Positions 1 through 14,869 of a stretch of 64,000 bases of DNA are shown here, in pieces (position 1 is the stretch's first letter; every line of letters begins with the position of its first letter). The translations under genes and the position numbers were made by a program. This DNA comes from the human T2T-CHM13v2.0 reference genome, Homo sapiens, in NCBI RefSeq assembly GCF_009914755.1, contig NC_060939.1; one strand, 5' to 3'. The notes below the pieces were generated by a model. That model saw only the letters and a program-made list of their open reading frames with translations. It made no database searches and was not told the origin of the DNA.

Positions 1-2664
<2,664 letters not shown>

Positions 2665-3201
2665 ACCTTAAAAAAATCTTGATTTAACATAGGGGACCAT
2701 TCTTTAGAAAGAGTATTATTAACAATTCCTTTTAAATTATGGCTAACTTAATTGCATACAAAATTTCTTCTATACTGGCTCAATTGTGAGAATTGAGTGA
2801 GGTTCTATGAGTCTCTGGTTTTTAGGATTTGAGGCAGAATCTTGTTCATTTGATCTAAAGATTTTCTGCTTCTTCAAATCAAGTAAGCACTTAGTAGGCT
2901 ACCTGTGTACTTCAATTCCAAGAACACTATTATAAACTAGCCAGCAACATAAATCTATAGGAATCGATGAACCTGATTGTTGCTTTGCCTTTGTCGTCCA
3001 TTGACATAACTATGCCAACCTGGTCTTTGAAGACTGAGTGTTGCTACTTGCTCCCAAGATTCCCTGAAACCGGGTTATTCCCATTGCATTTTGATTTTCC
3101 AGTTGGTATACTGTGGTTTCTGTATTAAGGTCTGGTCTACAGAGAAGAGAGATCAGGGAGCTCTTCAGTTGTGCCCAGCCTCCCCTCACAAATCCACCTA
3201 A

Positions 3202-3560
<359 letters not shown>

Positions 3561-3839
3561 CTGTAAGTGGCTTTTAAATGGCAAATCCATTCTAGCATTC
3601 CTATCTCCCCAGGCCTATGAATTCCTTCATCCAACATAATACAGGGAAGATGGGGGAGTCACCGACTTGCTCATGGTCATACATCTGTTGAACTATATTT
3701 CAGCCAACCAGTCATAACACCACTAATACCATCCTTAAATACCGAAGCTGCAACATTAAACCAGAATATCTGCTTAATGGCCCCATATCATTAAATTTGG
3801 ACTGATTCAAGTTTATATTCCTTCTACTGTTATCAACGC

Positions 3840-4015
3840 TTTTTTTTTTTCTTGTTTTGGTTTCTTACAGATGAGGTCTTGTTCTTTTGGCCAGGCTGGA
3901 GTGCAGTGGTACAGTCGTGACTCACTGCAGCTTCAAACACCTGGGTTCCAGCATTCATCCCACTTCAGCCTCCCGTGTAGCCGGGACTACAGGTACAAGC
4001 CACCACACCCAGCTA
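3840..4015 (-). mobile_element. Old Alu monomer or fragment
   Basis: Poly(T) followed by ggccaggctggagtgcagtgg...ccaccacacccagct. Confidence 0.85.
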
Positions 4016-5011
4016 TCCACAGCCATAATCTTTATTTCCACATAGGGTCTTCAGATTTCTGTTTGCATTAGTTAGAAAACTCAGGTTGCTTTTTTGACAT
4101 AGATCACATCTCCTCATGGGAAATACTATCCATCAGCTTTAGGGGCCTGTTGTAACTTTAGTCTCACCATGAGTCTAGAAGAAACACAGCTGTCAGGGGT
4201 GGGTCTTGAAGATAATCAGCAGTGTATTGTTTGACAGCTGCTTCAGGGGAAGCCATTACCGTTTCCTTAGGCATTGTAGATGTAAGCTACTCAGACACAT
4301 ATGGAAAGGCCTACATCACCTTGTGTGGGAAGGCCATTGCCAAGGGGGTGGCTGTAAGGAGGCCACTTCTGCTGGCAATAAAAACTCATTAGAATTTAGG
4401 AGATCAGTGTCCCCAGCCACATCAGTCTTCCCATCCATCCTCATCCCAAGTTACAGGATGCTATTCTTTCTCAATTTCCACTTCAACAGTAGACACCCTG
4501 CCAGACTGAGGAGTTCAACGTTTCTTGTAATTCAGCCAGTGGCATGATAAGGGCTTGTGTTTGACTTTTAGCAAATACTTCCCTGTGGCTACAAGAGAGT
4601 TTTCTGGCTCAGAGCACAGGTAGAAACTCTTAGGCTGTTTATGTGGAGCTGGTTCTGCAAAATTGAATCCCTAAGCTCATTATTGTCTTTCATCAAATTT
4701 CCCAGTGAATTAGAAGCAACAAACCCATCATCATTGTGTTCCATGGTTTTACGCAAATGTCTGTATCACATACAGAGTAAACAAGTACCTTGCCTCTTAT
4801 CAGTGTTTCAAGAGTATCAAGTGCAGATATTTTGGGGATCTCTAAAAACAGTTCATGTCATTGACTGTCATTGCTCTTTCTACTGTTAGAAGTACAGTTC
4901 TTAGAATTTAGGTGCAATCAGATTAGAAAGCCAATTCTAGAAACCCCAAATTTGATTAAGGACACTCATCCTTAAAATTCTCTTCCTATAGAACCGTTCT
5001 TACTACCAAAA

Positions 5012-5081
5012 TCTACACTAGTCAGGGTTTTCTAGAGCAACAGAACGAATAGGATAGATACATAGGAACTAGCTAGTTAGC

Positions 5082-5127
<46 letters not shown>

Positions 5128-5295
5128 CAGATAGATAGATAGAGATTTTTAGGGGAACTGAATCACATGATTATGGAGGCTGACCATTTCTACCACATGC
5201 CATGTAAAGTTGGAGATCCTGGGATGCATGTTGGGTACCATGGTCTAAGTCCAAAATGCTCAAACCAGAGAAAACCTTGGTTAAACCCTCAGTAT
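5012..5295 (-). mobile_element. MLT2-type LTR (partial) with internal (GATA)n
   Basis: agtcagggttttctagagcaacagaacgaatagga...cacatgattatggaggctga matches the MLT2 end in antisense. Confidence 0.8.
5082..5143. repeat. (GATA)n tetranucleotide STR
   Basis: About 15 GATA units with one GACA interruption. Confidence 0.98.
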
Positions 5296-5297
5296 GA

Positions 5298-5450
5298 GGC
5301 CACCATGCTGGGCTAATTTTTTGTATTTTTTAGTAGAGACAGAGTTTCACCTTGTTAGCCAGGATGGTCTCGATCTCCTGACCTCATGATCCACCCGTCT
5401 CAGCCTCCCAAAGTGCTGGTATTACAGGCTTGAGCCACCGCGCCCGGCTA
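5298..5450 (-). mobile_element. Alu left-arm fragment
   Basis: gccaccatgctgggctaatttt...gagccaccgcgcccggc. Confidence 0.92.
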
Positions 5451-5451
5451 A

Positions 5452-6374
5452 TTTGGCTCCTCTTATGCGAATTTCTGCAGCTGGCTTGAATTCCTCCCCA
5501 GAAAATGGATTCTTCTTTTTTTGTTTTTCTTTTCTTTTTTTTTTTTTTCTTTGAGATGGAGTCTCACTCTGTTGCCCAGGCTGGATTGCAGTGGTGCGGT
5601 CTCAGCTCACTGCAACCTTGCAACCTCCACCTCCCAGGTTCAAGTAATTCTTCTGCCTCAGCCTCCTGAGTAGCTGGGACTACAGGCATGTGCCACCATG
5701 CCCAGCTAATTTTTGTATTTTTAGTAGAGGCGAGGTTTCACCATATTGGCTGGGCTGCTCTGGAACTCCTGACCTTGTGATCTGTCCGCCGCAGCTTCCC
5801 AAAGTGCTGGGATTACAGGCATGAGCCACAGCACCTGGACAGGTTTTTCTTTTTTACAAAATGGCTGGACTGCAAATTTTCTAAACTTTTATGCTCTGCC
5901 TGTTTTTTAAATATAAGTTTTAGTTTCATAGCATCACTTTGCTCGCACTATGACAATACACTCTTAGAAGCAGCCAGGCCACATCTTGAATGCTTTGGCG
6001 CTTAGCAGTTTCTTCCACAAGATGCCCTAAATCATCAGTCTCAAATTCAAAGTTCCACAAATCCCTAGAGCAGGGGCACAATGCCACCAGTCTCTGTGCT
6101 AACATAGCAAGAGTGACCCTTACTCTAGTTCCCAATAAGTTCCTCATCTCCATCTGAGACCACCTCAGCCTGGACTTCATAGCCCATGTCACTATCAGCA
6201 TTGTGGTCACAACAATTTAACCAGTCTCTGGAGAGTTCCAAAGTTCTCCTCATATTCCTATCTTCTTCTGACCCCTCTAGACTGTTCCAACCTCTGCTCA
6301 TTACCCGGTTTCAAAGTCACTTCCACATTTTCAAGTATCTTTATAGCAATGCCCCACTCCCAGTAGCAATTTTC
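5452..6374 (-). mobile_element. MaLR (THE1/MST) internal sequence, interrupted by an Alu
   Basis: ORF 5926-6210 is typical MaLR-internal text and directly abuts the LTR. Confidence 0.85.
5520..5840 (-). mobile_element. Alu (AluS-like)
   Basis: Full antisense Alu. Confidence 0.95.
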
Positions 6375-6757
6375 TGTATTAGCCTGTTCTTGCACGGCTA
6401 TAAAGAACTACCTGAAACTGGGTAATTTATAAAGCAAAGAGGTTTAATTGACTCATAGTTCTGCAGGCTGTAGAGGAAACATGCCTGGGGAGGCCTCAGG
6501 AAACTTACAATCATGACAGAAGGAGAAGGGAAAGCAGGCACATCTTTTATGGCCTGAGAAGGAAGAAGAGAAAGAAGGGTGAGGTCCTACATACTTTTAA
6601 ATAACGGTATCTCATGAAAATTCACTTACTGTCATGAGAACAGCAAGGGGAAGTCTTCTCCCGTTATCCAATCACCTCCCACCAGGCCCCTCCTGTAACA
6701 TTGGGGATTATAATGTGGCATGAGATTTGGGCAGGGACACAAGTCCAAACCATATCA
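6375..6757 (-). mobile_element. MSTA/THE1D-like LTR
   Basis: tgtattagcc...caaaccatatca; TG..CA termini, about 380 bp. Confidence 0.9.
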
Positions 6758-6759
6758 GT

Positions 6760-8180
6760 GACTAATTTGAACTATTTATGCATATGCTGTGAGGGAGGAA
6801 TTTAACTTGCCTGTTGATGTTGATGATGTTGACTTGTCCCAGAATCCGTTAATGAAAAAAATACTTTTCCATATTGAATTTATTTGGAGCCCTTGTAAAA
6901 TTATTTGACCGTAAATGTAAAGGTTAACTTTTTGATATTCAATCTGTATGTCTACACCACACATATTAATTAGTATGGCTTTGTCTTTAGTTTTAAAATC
7001 AGAAAGTATGAGTCTATTTTACAAATTCTGTTTTTTTTTCAAAATTATTTTATCTCTTCTCTATTGCATTATATATACAGTTTAAAATCTGTTTGACAAG
7101 TTAGTGAAAAAACGGTCACCTGGGATTTTCATGGAAATTGCATTAAATCTATAGAGCCATATAAAAAGTATTGTCAACTTAATAATATCAAGCCTTTTAA
7201 TCAATGATCATTCAATATTTATCCATTTTTATAGAATTTTATTAATTACATTCAATGTATTTTACAGTTTTCAATATACATATGGTACGTGTATTTTGTT
7301 AAATTTATTCTTATGTTTTTTTCCTTTTTGATGCTATTTAAAATAGCATGGGTTTCTGAGTTTTTTGTTTAGTTTGTTAATTTCTAGTATATAGAAGTAC
7401 ATGTTTCTATATACTGACTGTGTACTGGAACTGTATTGAACTTATATTTTAATTTGCATTCTATTTTATTAGAGTCATTTTGATGTTCTATACAAAAATC
7501 ATGTCAATTGCCAACAGAGTTTTACTTTCTTTTATACTAGATGTCTTATATTCATTTTTCTAGACTAATTGTCCTTGCTACATCCTCTAGCATAATGTGG
7601 GGGAAAAATGTGGCCAGAATGAAATTCCTTGTCTTATTTCTAATCTTGGAGAAAGTATTGAGCCTTTCAGAAAACTTTTATATCATGTGAGGGTTTTTAT
7701 TTTTTTGGATGCTTTAAAGTGAAGACAGCTTCTTTACAGTTCTTATTTGCTGCGTATCTTTATCGGAATGCATTTTTGATTTGTCTAGTGCTTATTCTGT
7801 GTCTTTGAGATGATCGTGCAGGTTCTGTGCTTTATTCCATTAATACAGTGCATGAATTGTATGCTGAACAAAATTTGCATTCCTGAGGAAATACCCTTAG
7901 CCATAGTGTATAATACTTTTTGCATGTTGCTGACTTGTTTTGCTATTATTTCCTTAAGGATTTTTGCCTCTTTATTCATAAGGCATATTGGTCTTAATTT
8001 TCCTTTCTTGAAATGTTTTGGTCTAATTGTGGTATGAGGATGAAATACCTCATAGTGTGCATTGGGAAGTGATCTCTTCACCACTGTCATTGCTGTTATT
8101 TAATGTTTTTAGAGAATTCATAATGAATTTGTATTAATTCTTTAAAGGTATGAAATAATTTCCTATTGAAGTCATCTTAA
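6760..8180 (-). mobile_element. Old L1M ORF2 relic
   Basis: ORF 7785-8090 has LRPICLMNKEAKILKEIIA, resembling L1 RT YRPISLMNIDAKILNKILA. Confidence 0.88.
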
Positions 8181-8184
8181 CATG

Positions 8185-8640
8185 GAACCAGAATTAAATC
8201 CTAACAACAATCATGTGAGCCTGGGGAGGATCCTTCCCCACGTGAGCCTTCAGGGGAGACTTCAGCCTTGGCCATCTTCTACATCTAGATTCCTGACCAA
8301 GAGAAGCTGTGAGTAATGTGTATGTGCTTTTCAGCCACTCAGCTGTGTGGGAATTTGTTATACAACAATAGCTAAGTAACACACCTGGCATTGAATGTAA
8401 TGTGGTATCCTAGATTAGATACTGGAATAGAAAAGTGACATTATTGGAAACCTGAGGAGAACTATGAAGAAAGTCTGTAGTTCCATTGATGGTTTTATAA
8501 CACTGTCAATTTCTCAGTTTTCATGAATAGTCTATGGTTATATAATGTGTTAACATTCCTTTAAGCTGAAAGGTATATGAAACTCTCTGCACTATATATA
8601 CCTCCTTCTGTAAGTCAAATATGATTTCAAAATAATTTTA
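8185..8640. mobile_element. MLT1-like LTR fragment plus old L1 3'-end fragment (recurrent module)
   Basis: cctaacaacaatcatgtgagc...tgttatacaacaatagctaa then aatgtaatgtggtatcctagattagat. The same pair occurs at ~29620-30030 and ~45500-45930. Confidence 0.7.
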
Positions 8641-10149
8641 AAATAATATTTTGGTGCAAAACAAAAACCAACAAAAAGACACAAGAACATTAGCTTGGTT
8701 TCAGGAGATGGGGTGGGCAAGTAGGGAAAGAACAGCAGTGCAGCTTTCCTAATCTATCCACCATTCGGAACCCAGGTGCACCTGCTTCAGTTAAACACAG
8801 TTAGCTCTGGGGACTCTCATCCATTTTTGTCTTTGAAATCATGCTACTCATTATCCACGAACATTTCAAGTGTCAGTAACCACTTCTTCAGAGAGAGGTG
8901 CCTGTTCCTCATATATCCCAGGATGCCCCATTTTCAGGCATTGTCTGGCAGTTTATTCACATAATTCCAGTAAAGCCTTTCTGGAAAAAATGACTGCTGG
9001 ACCTTAGAAGCCGATATTGCAAAATGTCAGTGACAGGGAACACAAATTGTATTTCTACAATCAGGAGAGTGTTTTAATTCCCTTGGTACAGAGATTTGTT
9101 CTTCAACTGATTATCAGATCACTGTGATAATTTCTATTTCTCTTGTCATGAATTATTTGGGACCATATATTCTGTTGCTCTTCACATCTTGGAATTATAT
9201 TGTCCATTTCCAAGGTCAAAGACCACAGAATAAATGTCATCCTGGCAGCAGGTGAGTAGGGCACACAAACAATGCTTCTAAATATGGTGGTTGATGACAA
9301 TGCTTGCTTACTAAGACCTCGATATGAATCTGTGGACAACTGGTTTTTGGCAGGTGAAGTCATGTGAGTGATTCAGTATATGCTGTGTATGGCTGGAGAA
9401 AGCTGAGTAGATACAAGAAAAAGCAGTGTGTAACAGATCTCCCCCCACCATGCAGTGATCTAAGAGATGGACCCAGGCTAAATGGTGACTCTGCACGTGT
9501 TCTGGCTAAACAAAGAATCTCACAGCAGGAAGAACTGTCCAGCTGTCCCCCACATAGGTCCCTGCTCATAGTTCACGGCACTCTGCGGTGTTAGCATCAG
9601 GGTTGTGCCAAAGAACCATGCCTACAAAGCCTCCCAAGCCATGAGTCTGCATGCTGCACTCACACAGACATAGACAAAGCCAAGACTATTGCCTTTATGA
9701 TGGTCTGTAAACATGGGGCATATTCTCTATAGCACATTGATAGCTTATATGAGAAAATGAGATCTTGCAGCCTGGAGACCTAGAGTGGGAGATATGACTG
9801 ACCTCGACCACATTTTTCACTTCTGATATCAGCATAGAAGTGATTTAGGTGCTGTTATTTGAGCATCTGTACTTTAAGAAACCTTCCACGTCTTCCAAGT
9901 TCCATATACTTTACTCTTTAAGACATGACTCCTCTTTTAAATTTGACATCTTAAAGGAGGTTTATTCCATTTTTTAAATTTTAACTGAAGATACTATAGT
10001 ACAGTACTTAAATGACAGATCTTCTGTTCCTCTTCATTTTAATGCATACTTTTTGATCTATTATGATGCATACTGTGAATATTCTGCCCACCAATAAATG
10101 GACCAAAAAATGGCCAGAGTGACACATATGAGCCACAGTTAGACCTGGA

Positions 10150-10795
10150 CATGAGTTATGAGGACTACCACATGGTGGTCACAATAATTGAGATCTGAGT
10201 TCTCAAATTTAAAGGAAAACAGGCACTATACACAAAACTCTACTGACATATTATCATGGACACAAAGGACAGAGTGCTGAGCACTGAGTGCCCAAACAAG
10301 TGCTTTAACAGCATGGAAGGCATGATTTCCCACAATATACTAAGCCACTAAATTCACAAAGGCCACCACAATTCTAAAAAAAGATGTCACTGCAAACAAA
10401 CCCAAGTCTTAGACCACAATATAAGACAAACATCCCAACATGCTGTCTCCACACTCTAGCCTGATTAGGAGTTGTAGTTCAGTGGATGAATGGCCCATAT
10501 ATTTAACATCATTACTTCATGTTCATGCAATTCAACCTTCCTGCAGTCTAAAACTATAGGTGAAATTTCAGTCAAAGTCCTAAATTATGAATTGTATGAG
10601 TTTCTTCTTCACTTAATATTTTCCCAGGGAAACAGGAAAACTAATTTCAATATCCAAGTGTCCAAAAGTAGAGTTTGCCAGAGTAGCAAGGGGGCAGAAC
10701 AAAGCATTTTATGAAGATCACAATGCATCTGCTTCTACAGTGCCTATGTATTATCACCATTTGTGTGATTAAAAGGGTGAATGAGAATGAAGAAA
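10150..10795 (-). pseudogene. Possible second, extremely decayed olfactory-receptor relic
   Basis: Minus-strand fragments in OR order: LFFFIL.., ctggcaaactctacttttggacact (~LANLSFLDI), gcagtgacatct..gtggcc (~AVMSY..VA), tattgtgaccac (~YCDH). All weak and frameshifted. Confidence 0.3.
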
Positions 10796-11146
10796 AACAG
10801 AGATCAAGAATGTTATAGATTAAAGAATTGAATTTGTAATGTAGCTTGCAGGGATCATTGCTTATATTACTAACTTTAGGACACAATTTTTTTAATATAG
10901 ATTTTCCTTAGTCTTTAGAAAACTAGCACTTCAGGAAAAATTTCAAGTGTCTCTCTACAATTTATATCTTCCTCATCAACAGATTTCTTGAACCATAGTT
11001 TATAAAACAATTACAGCACTTTACTAATAAGTCTAATATTTCTAATAACTAAGTAGAATGTAAATAGAATTGTTAAATTAATGTGAAAATATATACAACA
11101 ATGTTTACTTAATAACAGACTAAAATATAGCAGATTAGCCACCATG

Positions 11147-11272
11147 ATTTTTTCTTTTTCTTTTTGAGTTGGAGTTTGCTGTTTCGCCCAGGCTGGAGTG
11201 AAGTGGCGAGATCTCCCCTCACTGCAACCTCCGCCCCCGGGGTTCAAGTGATTCTCCTGCCTCAGCCACCAC
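11147..11272 (-). mobile_element. 5'-truncated Alu (right-arm end)
   Basis: Poly(T) to gattctcctgcctcagcc, flanked by ccaccat on both sides. Confidence 0.9.
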
Positions 11273-11344
11273 CATTTAACACTGAGAAGTGGGCAGTCAC
11301 AGAGAAAAAGTGTGTAAACAATTCTTTGGTACACAATTTAACAT

Positions 11345-11490
11345 CTTTTTTTTTCTTTTTTTAATTTTATTATTATTGTACTTTAATTTTTAGGGTACAT
11401 GTGCACAATGTGCAGATTTATTACACATGTATACATGTGCCATGTTGGTGTACTGCACCCATTAACTGGTTGGACACAGGAAGGGGAACA
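11345..11490 (-). mobile_element. Short L1PA 3' end with an inverted 5' piece
   Basis: Antisense tagggtacatgtgcaca...cccattaact, then sense ttggacacaggaagggg; flanked by the direct repeat aacatctttt. Confidence 0.85.
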
Positions 11491-12394
11491 TCTTTTAAGG
11501 AGAGATGCATCTTCTATTTGAAAGGGTTATAACATTATTGCCAGAAAGCAGTCATGATGTGGTTGTCCGTTGGCACACACACAAGAACTTGGTCTAAACC
11601 TCCCCAAAGACATCTTTGGGTAATTATATCAAGCATCAAAACTTACAGAAGGGTGTCAGGAGACTGGAAAGATAAACTTACATAGAGTAGCATAGGAGTC
11701 CCATGAGAAATGCAGCACTATCAGTGCTTGTGATTAGCACAGATGATATTGTGGGGAAAATCATGGACAAGATGAGTTGAAAGTGATTCAGAGAGTTTGT
11801 TCTGAATGAAGTAAGTGTTAGCAATACCTTTGTAAATGTATTTTGCATATATGTTCTGTCTCATGTAATCACAGGAATGATATAAAACAAATATAAACAT
11901 GTTAGTTGAGAAAAGTTTTTAAAATAATTATACATAATATAAATTTAAAATAATATAAATTTAAAATAATTATAAAACTTGAATTAGAAATATTTGCTCC
12001 ATTATTTATTAGTGGTTTTATTATTTCATTCTGATATATAAATCTAAAAGATAAATCTCACAACTTATTATAAAAATTAGTCTTAATGATATGTATAGAC
12101 GTGATATTATACTACATGCTTTATATATTATTTTATACAAACCCACCTGACATTTCCAGAGGTGAGCACTGTTACCACTGCCACGGGCCAGTTCTGAATC
12201 TGACACTAAGCACTACATGAAAGGATTAAAAGTGCTTTGAGTTTGATTCATTCTGTCTCCAAAGTCGTTGCTCAAGTCAACTATGTAGAATATGTAGAAT
12301 ATTTTCTTGTAGAATTAGTGCTTTCTAGGTCTAGTTTCAGGTACCCTACCCTACCACATAGTCCCAAAGATATTTTCTTATGTGTTCTACATAT

Positions 12395-12441
12395 TGTACT
12401 AAATATATATATATATACTGTACTAAATATATATATATATG
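12395..12441. repeat. Tandem duplication tgtactaa(at)n x2
   Basis: Seen directly; unit about 24 bp. Confidence 0.9.
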
Positions 12442-12866
12442 TCTGTGATCCACCTGATTTTGTGTGTAAAATGAAGTTAAAGGTCAGATTTTAATTCCCT
12501 TATAAATATTCAGTTTTTTGAATAGTTTTAGAAAAATTAATCTGTCCCCATTAATTGACTTACAAATGATTTGTTCACATATACACGTCTCTATTTATGA
12601 TGTTTTATTTTTTCATTGGTTTATTCCTCTGTCTCTGTGCAAATGCAACAGTTTCTTAGTTGCTAACAGACTTCATTTAATACAATAATTTAGTGACCAT
12701 TCTCTTAATGACTGTGCCTTTCCATAATGAAGTGAAAGAAGATTAAAAATCTACATGCCTTTCACCTACACCAATACTTTCAGCTGGACTTTGAATCAAT
12801 CAGTGGCTTTAGAGTTTTAGAATATCATTGTTGTCTCTTATGTCTGTAATGTCTTTGTTAATCTTT

Positions 12867-13305
12867 TTTTTGTTTTCTTTTTTATTATTTATTTATTTAT
12901 TTTTTAATTTTATTATTATTGTACATTAAGTTTTAGGGTACATGTGCACAACATGCAGGTTTGTTACATATGTATACATGTGCCATGTTGGTGTGCTGTA
13001 CCCATTAACTCGTCATTTAGCATTAGGTATATCTCCTAATGCTATCCCTCCCCCCTCCTCCCACCCCATAGCAGTCCCTGGTGTGTGATGTTCCCCTTCC
13101 TGTGTCCATGTGTTCTCATTGTTCAATTCCCACCTATGAGTGAGAACATGCGGTGTTTGGTTTTTGTCCTTGCGATAGTTTGCTAAGAATGATGGTTTCC
13201 AGTTTCATCCATGTCCCTACAAAGGACATGAACTCATCATTTTTTATGGCTGCATAGTATTCCTTGGTGTATATGTGCCACATTTTCTTAATCCAGTCTA
13301 TCGTT
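12867..13305 (-). mobile_element. Young L1PA 3' end with TSD
   Basis: ORF2 C-terminus DWIKKMWHIYT...WMKLETIILSKL, 3'UTR and tail; TSD ttgttaatctt on both sides. Confidence 0.95.
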
Positions 13306-13357
13306 GTTAATCTTATAAGATCTGTGAACACCACTCCTCAGTTTATGTATTTCATAC

Positions 13358-13620
13358 CTTCAACAACAGCAGGTGGTGGGAAAACCTGGAGATGCAGCCC
13401 CGGGTGCCTCCTGCCTTGCTGTAGATGATGCTGTGGACATGGGGCTCCTCCTCCAGACGATGCACATCAAAGGCAGGACCAGCAGGGAGCCCTGAGATCA
13501 GAACCTCTCTGTGGGGTCTGCATGCACAAGGGGAGGAGCCCCTGTTGGGTGGGGTGGCGAATTCAGTTATTTTGTATGAGCATGAATTTGTTAAATAATC
13601 ATTCTTCTTTCTGACCCATG
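13358..13620 (-). other. Duplicated unique block, candidate 5' non-coding exon/promoter relic (paralog ~35645-35900)
   Basis: Relatively GC-rich block with no repeat I recognise, ending in the minus-strand donor-like GAAG|GTATGA, upstream of the OR relic on the same strand. Confidence 0.35.
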
Positions 13621-14869
13621 GCACATTTCCCCTTCAGTCCTGGCACTGTAATGTTACATCTTGGTTTTTGGTTTTGTGTACAAATGTGTTTAAAACTTGT
13701 GTGTTAAACACAAGGAAACACTCTTTTCTTGGTCACATAGCCATCATGTACAACCAAATTTATACTTTTGTATTTTTCCAAAACAAACATCCTTGGGTGC
13801 TTCCTGCACAGACACAGACAACTCACTAGGCAAGATTTACCTCCTCCAGACCACGTCTATCCAAGACAGTGCCTAGGTAGATGCAGGAGAGTTGAGTCTG
13901 TCTCTGTGGTGTCTTCATGGGAAACACCAACATTTTCTTGCTCTACTCTGGTGTTGGTTGGGGAATTCGGTTATTTCTGGGAAAGATTGAGTGTGTCAAA
14001 GAATCATTCTGTTTGCTGTCTGAAAACAAATGACACAGTATTTGTTTTGAACAAATGAAACAGTGTTTGTTTTGGTGTGCAAAGGCCTTTGACCCTTTCT
14101 GTGTCAACGTACTTTTTAATCATCACATAAACATCATGTATGACCAAATTTAAATTTTTGTAGTGTGTATTAATGCCTTTTATTTTGTTTAATTATTCAT
14201 AATCATTTTTCAAAATATCTTTATTTTTATATTTTATCACTCTTCATTAAATTAATGGAAATATCACCCATTGTCTATAATTGTTTTCCACAAATTTCAT
14301 CTGAAATACTCCTAGTTGAAGAGGTGCAGAAAGTTTGCTAGGAACCACAAGACAAAATTTGCTAGAGACTCATACTTAAAAAGGGTTTCGTATATGGCTT
14401 AGTTTGTTCTAATTTGCAAGGTTCAAAAGCATTAATTTGAATAGATGGAATATCAAGACTCCCTTCCAGCACACAAAGACCAGTTATTTTGTTAATAAGC
14501 ACAAATAAACTTCAGCATATTGTTTTTCTTTTACCTGAAATTTATAGATACTGGCTTGAATCTCTGATTCCTTCTACATAGTATTTGTAAACGTCTGCAA
14601 GACATTTCCTTATACTTATGGCTCATAATATAGGTGTGTATTCTTCTCTTACTCTTTGATGAGTAAATACCAAAACTGCTTCTTCAGTTAAAAAAAAAAA
14701 AAAAGCCACTCCGAAAATCTGTGCATACAACTGCACACAGCAAATGTTTTCCGATTATCGTCTGTAGAAAAGAAATGGGAACTTCAGTTTATTTTCTTCT
14801 ATCAGATAATAATCTTTTAAAACTGATTTATACTTTTATAGATTACCAGAGAATTTTCAGAGTTGCTTT

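Larger units (their letters stand above)
10805..11830 (-). pseudogene. Decayed olfactory receptor pseudogene split by an Alu and an L1 fragment
   Basis: OR motifs in the expected order on the minus strand: FI..LSE..QLIL (~11810-11770), actcctatg TPM (~11695), cccaaagatg PKM (~11615), catgactgctttctggcaata ~YDRFVAI (~11550), LFLCDCPLL ~HFFCDxPLL (~11300), NSLIYN ~NPLIYS (~10820). Confidence 0.65.
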
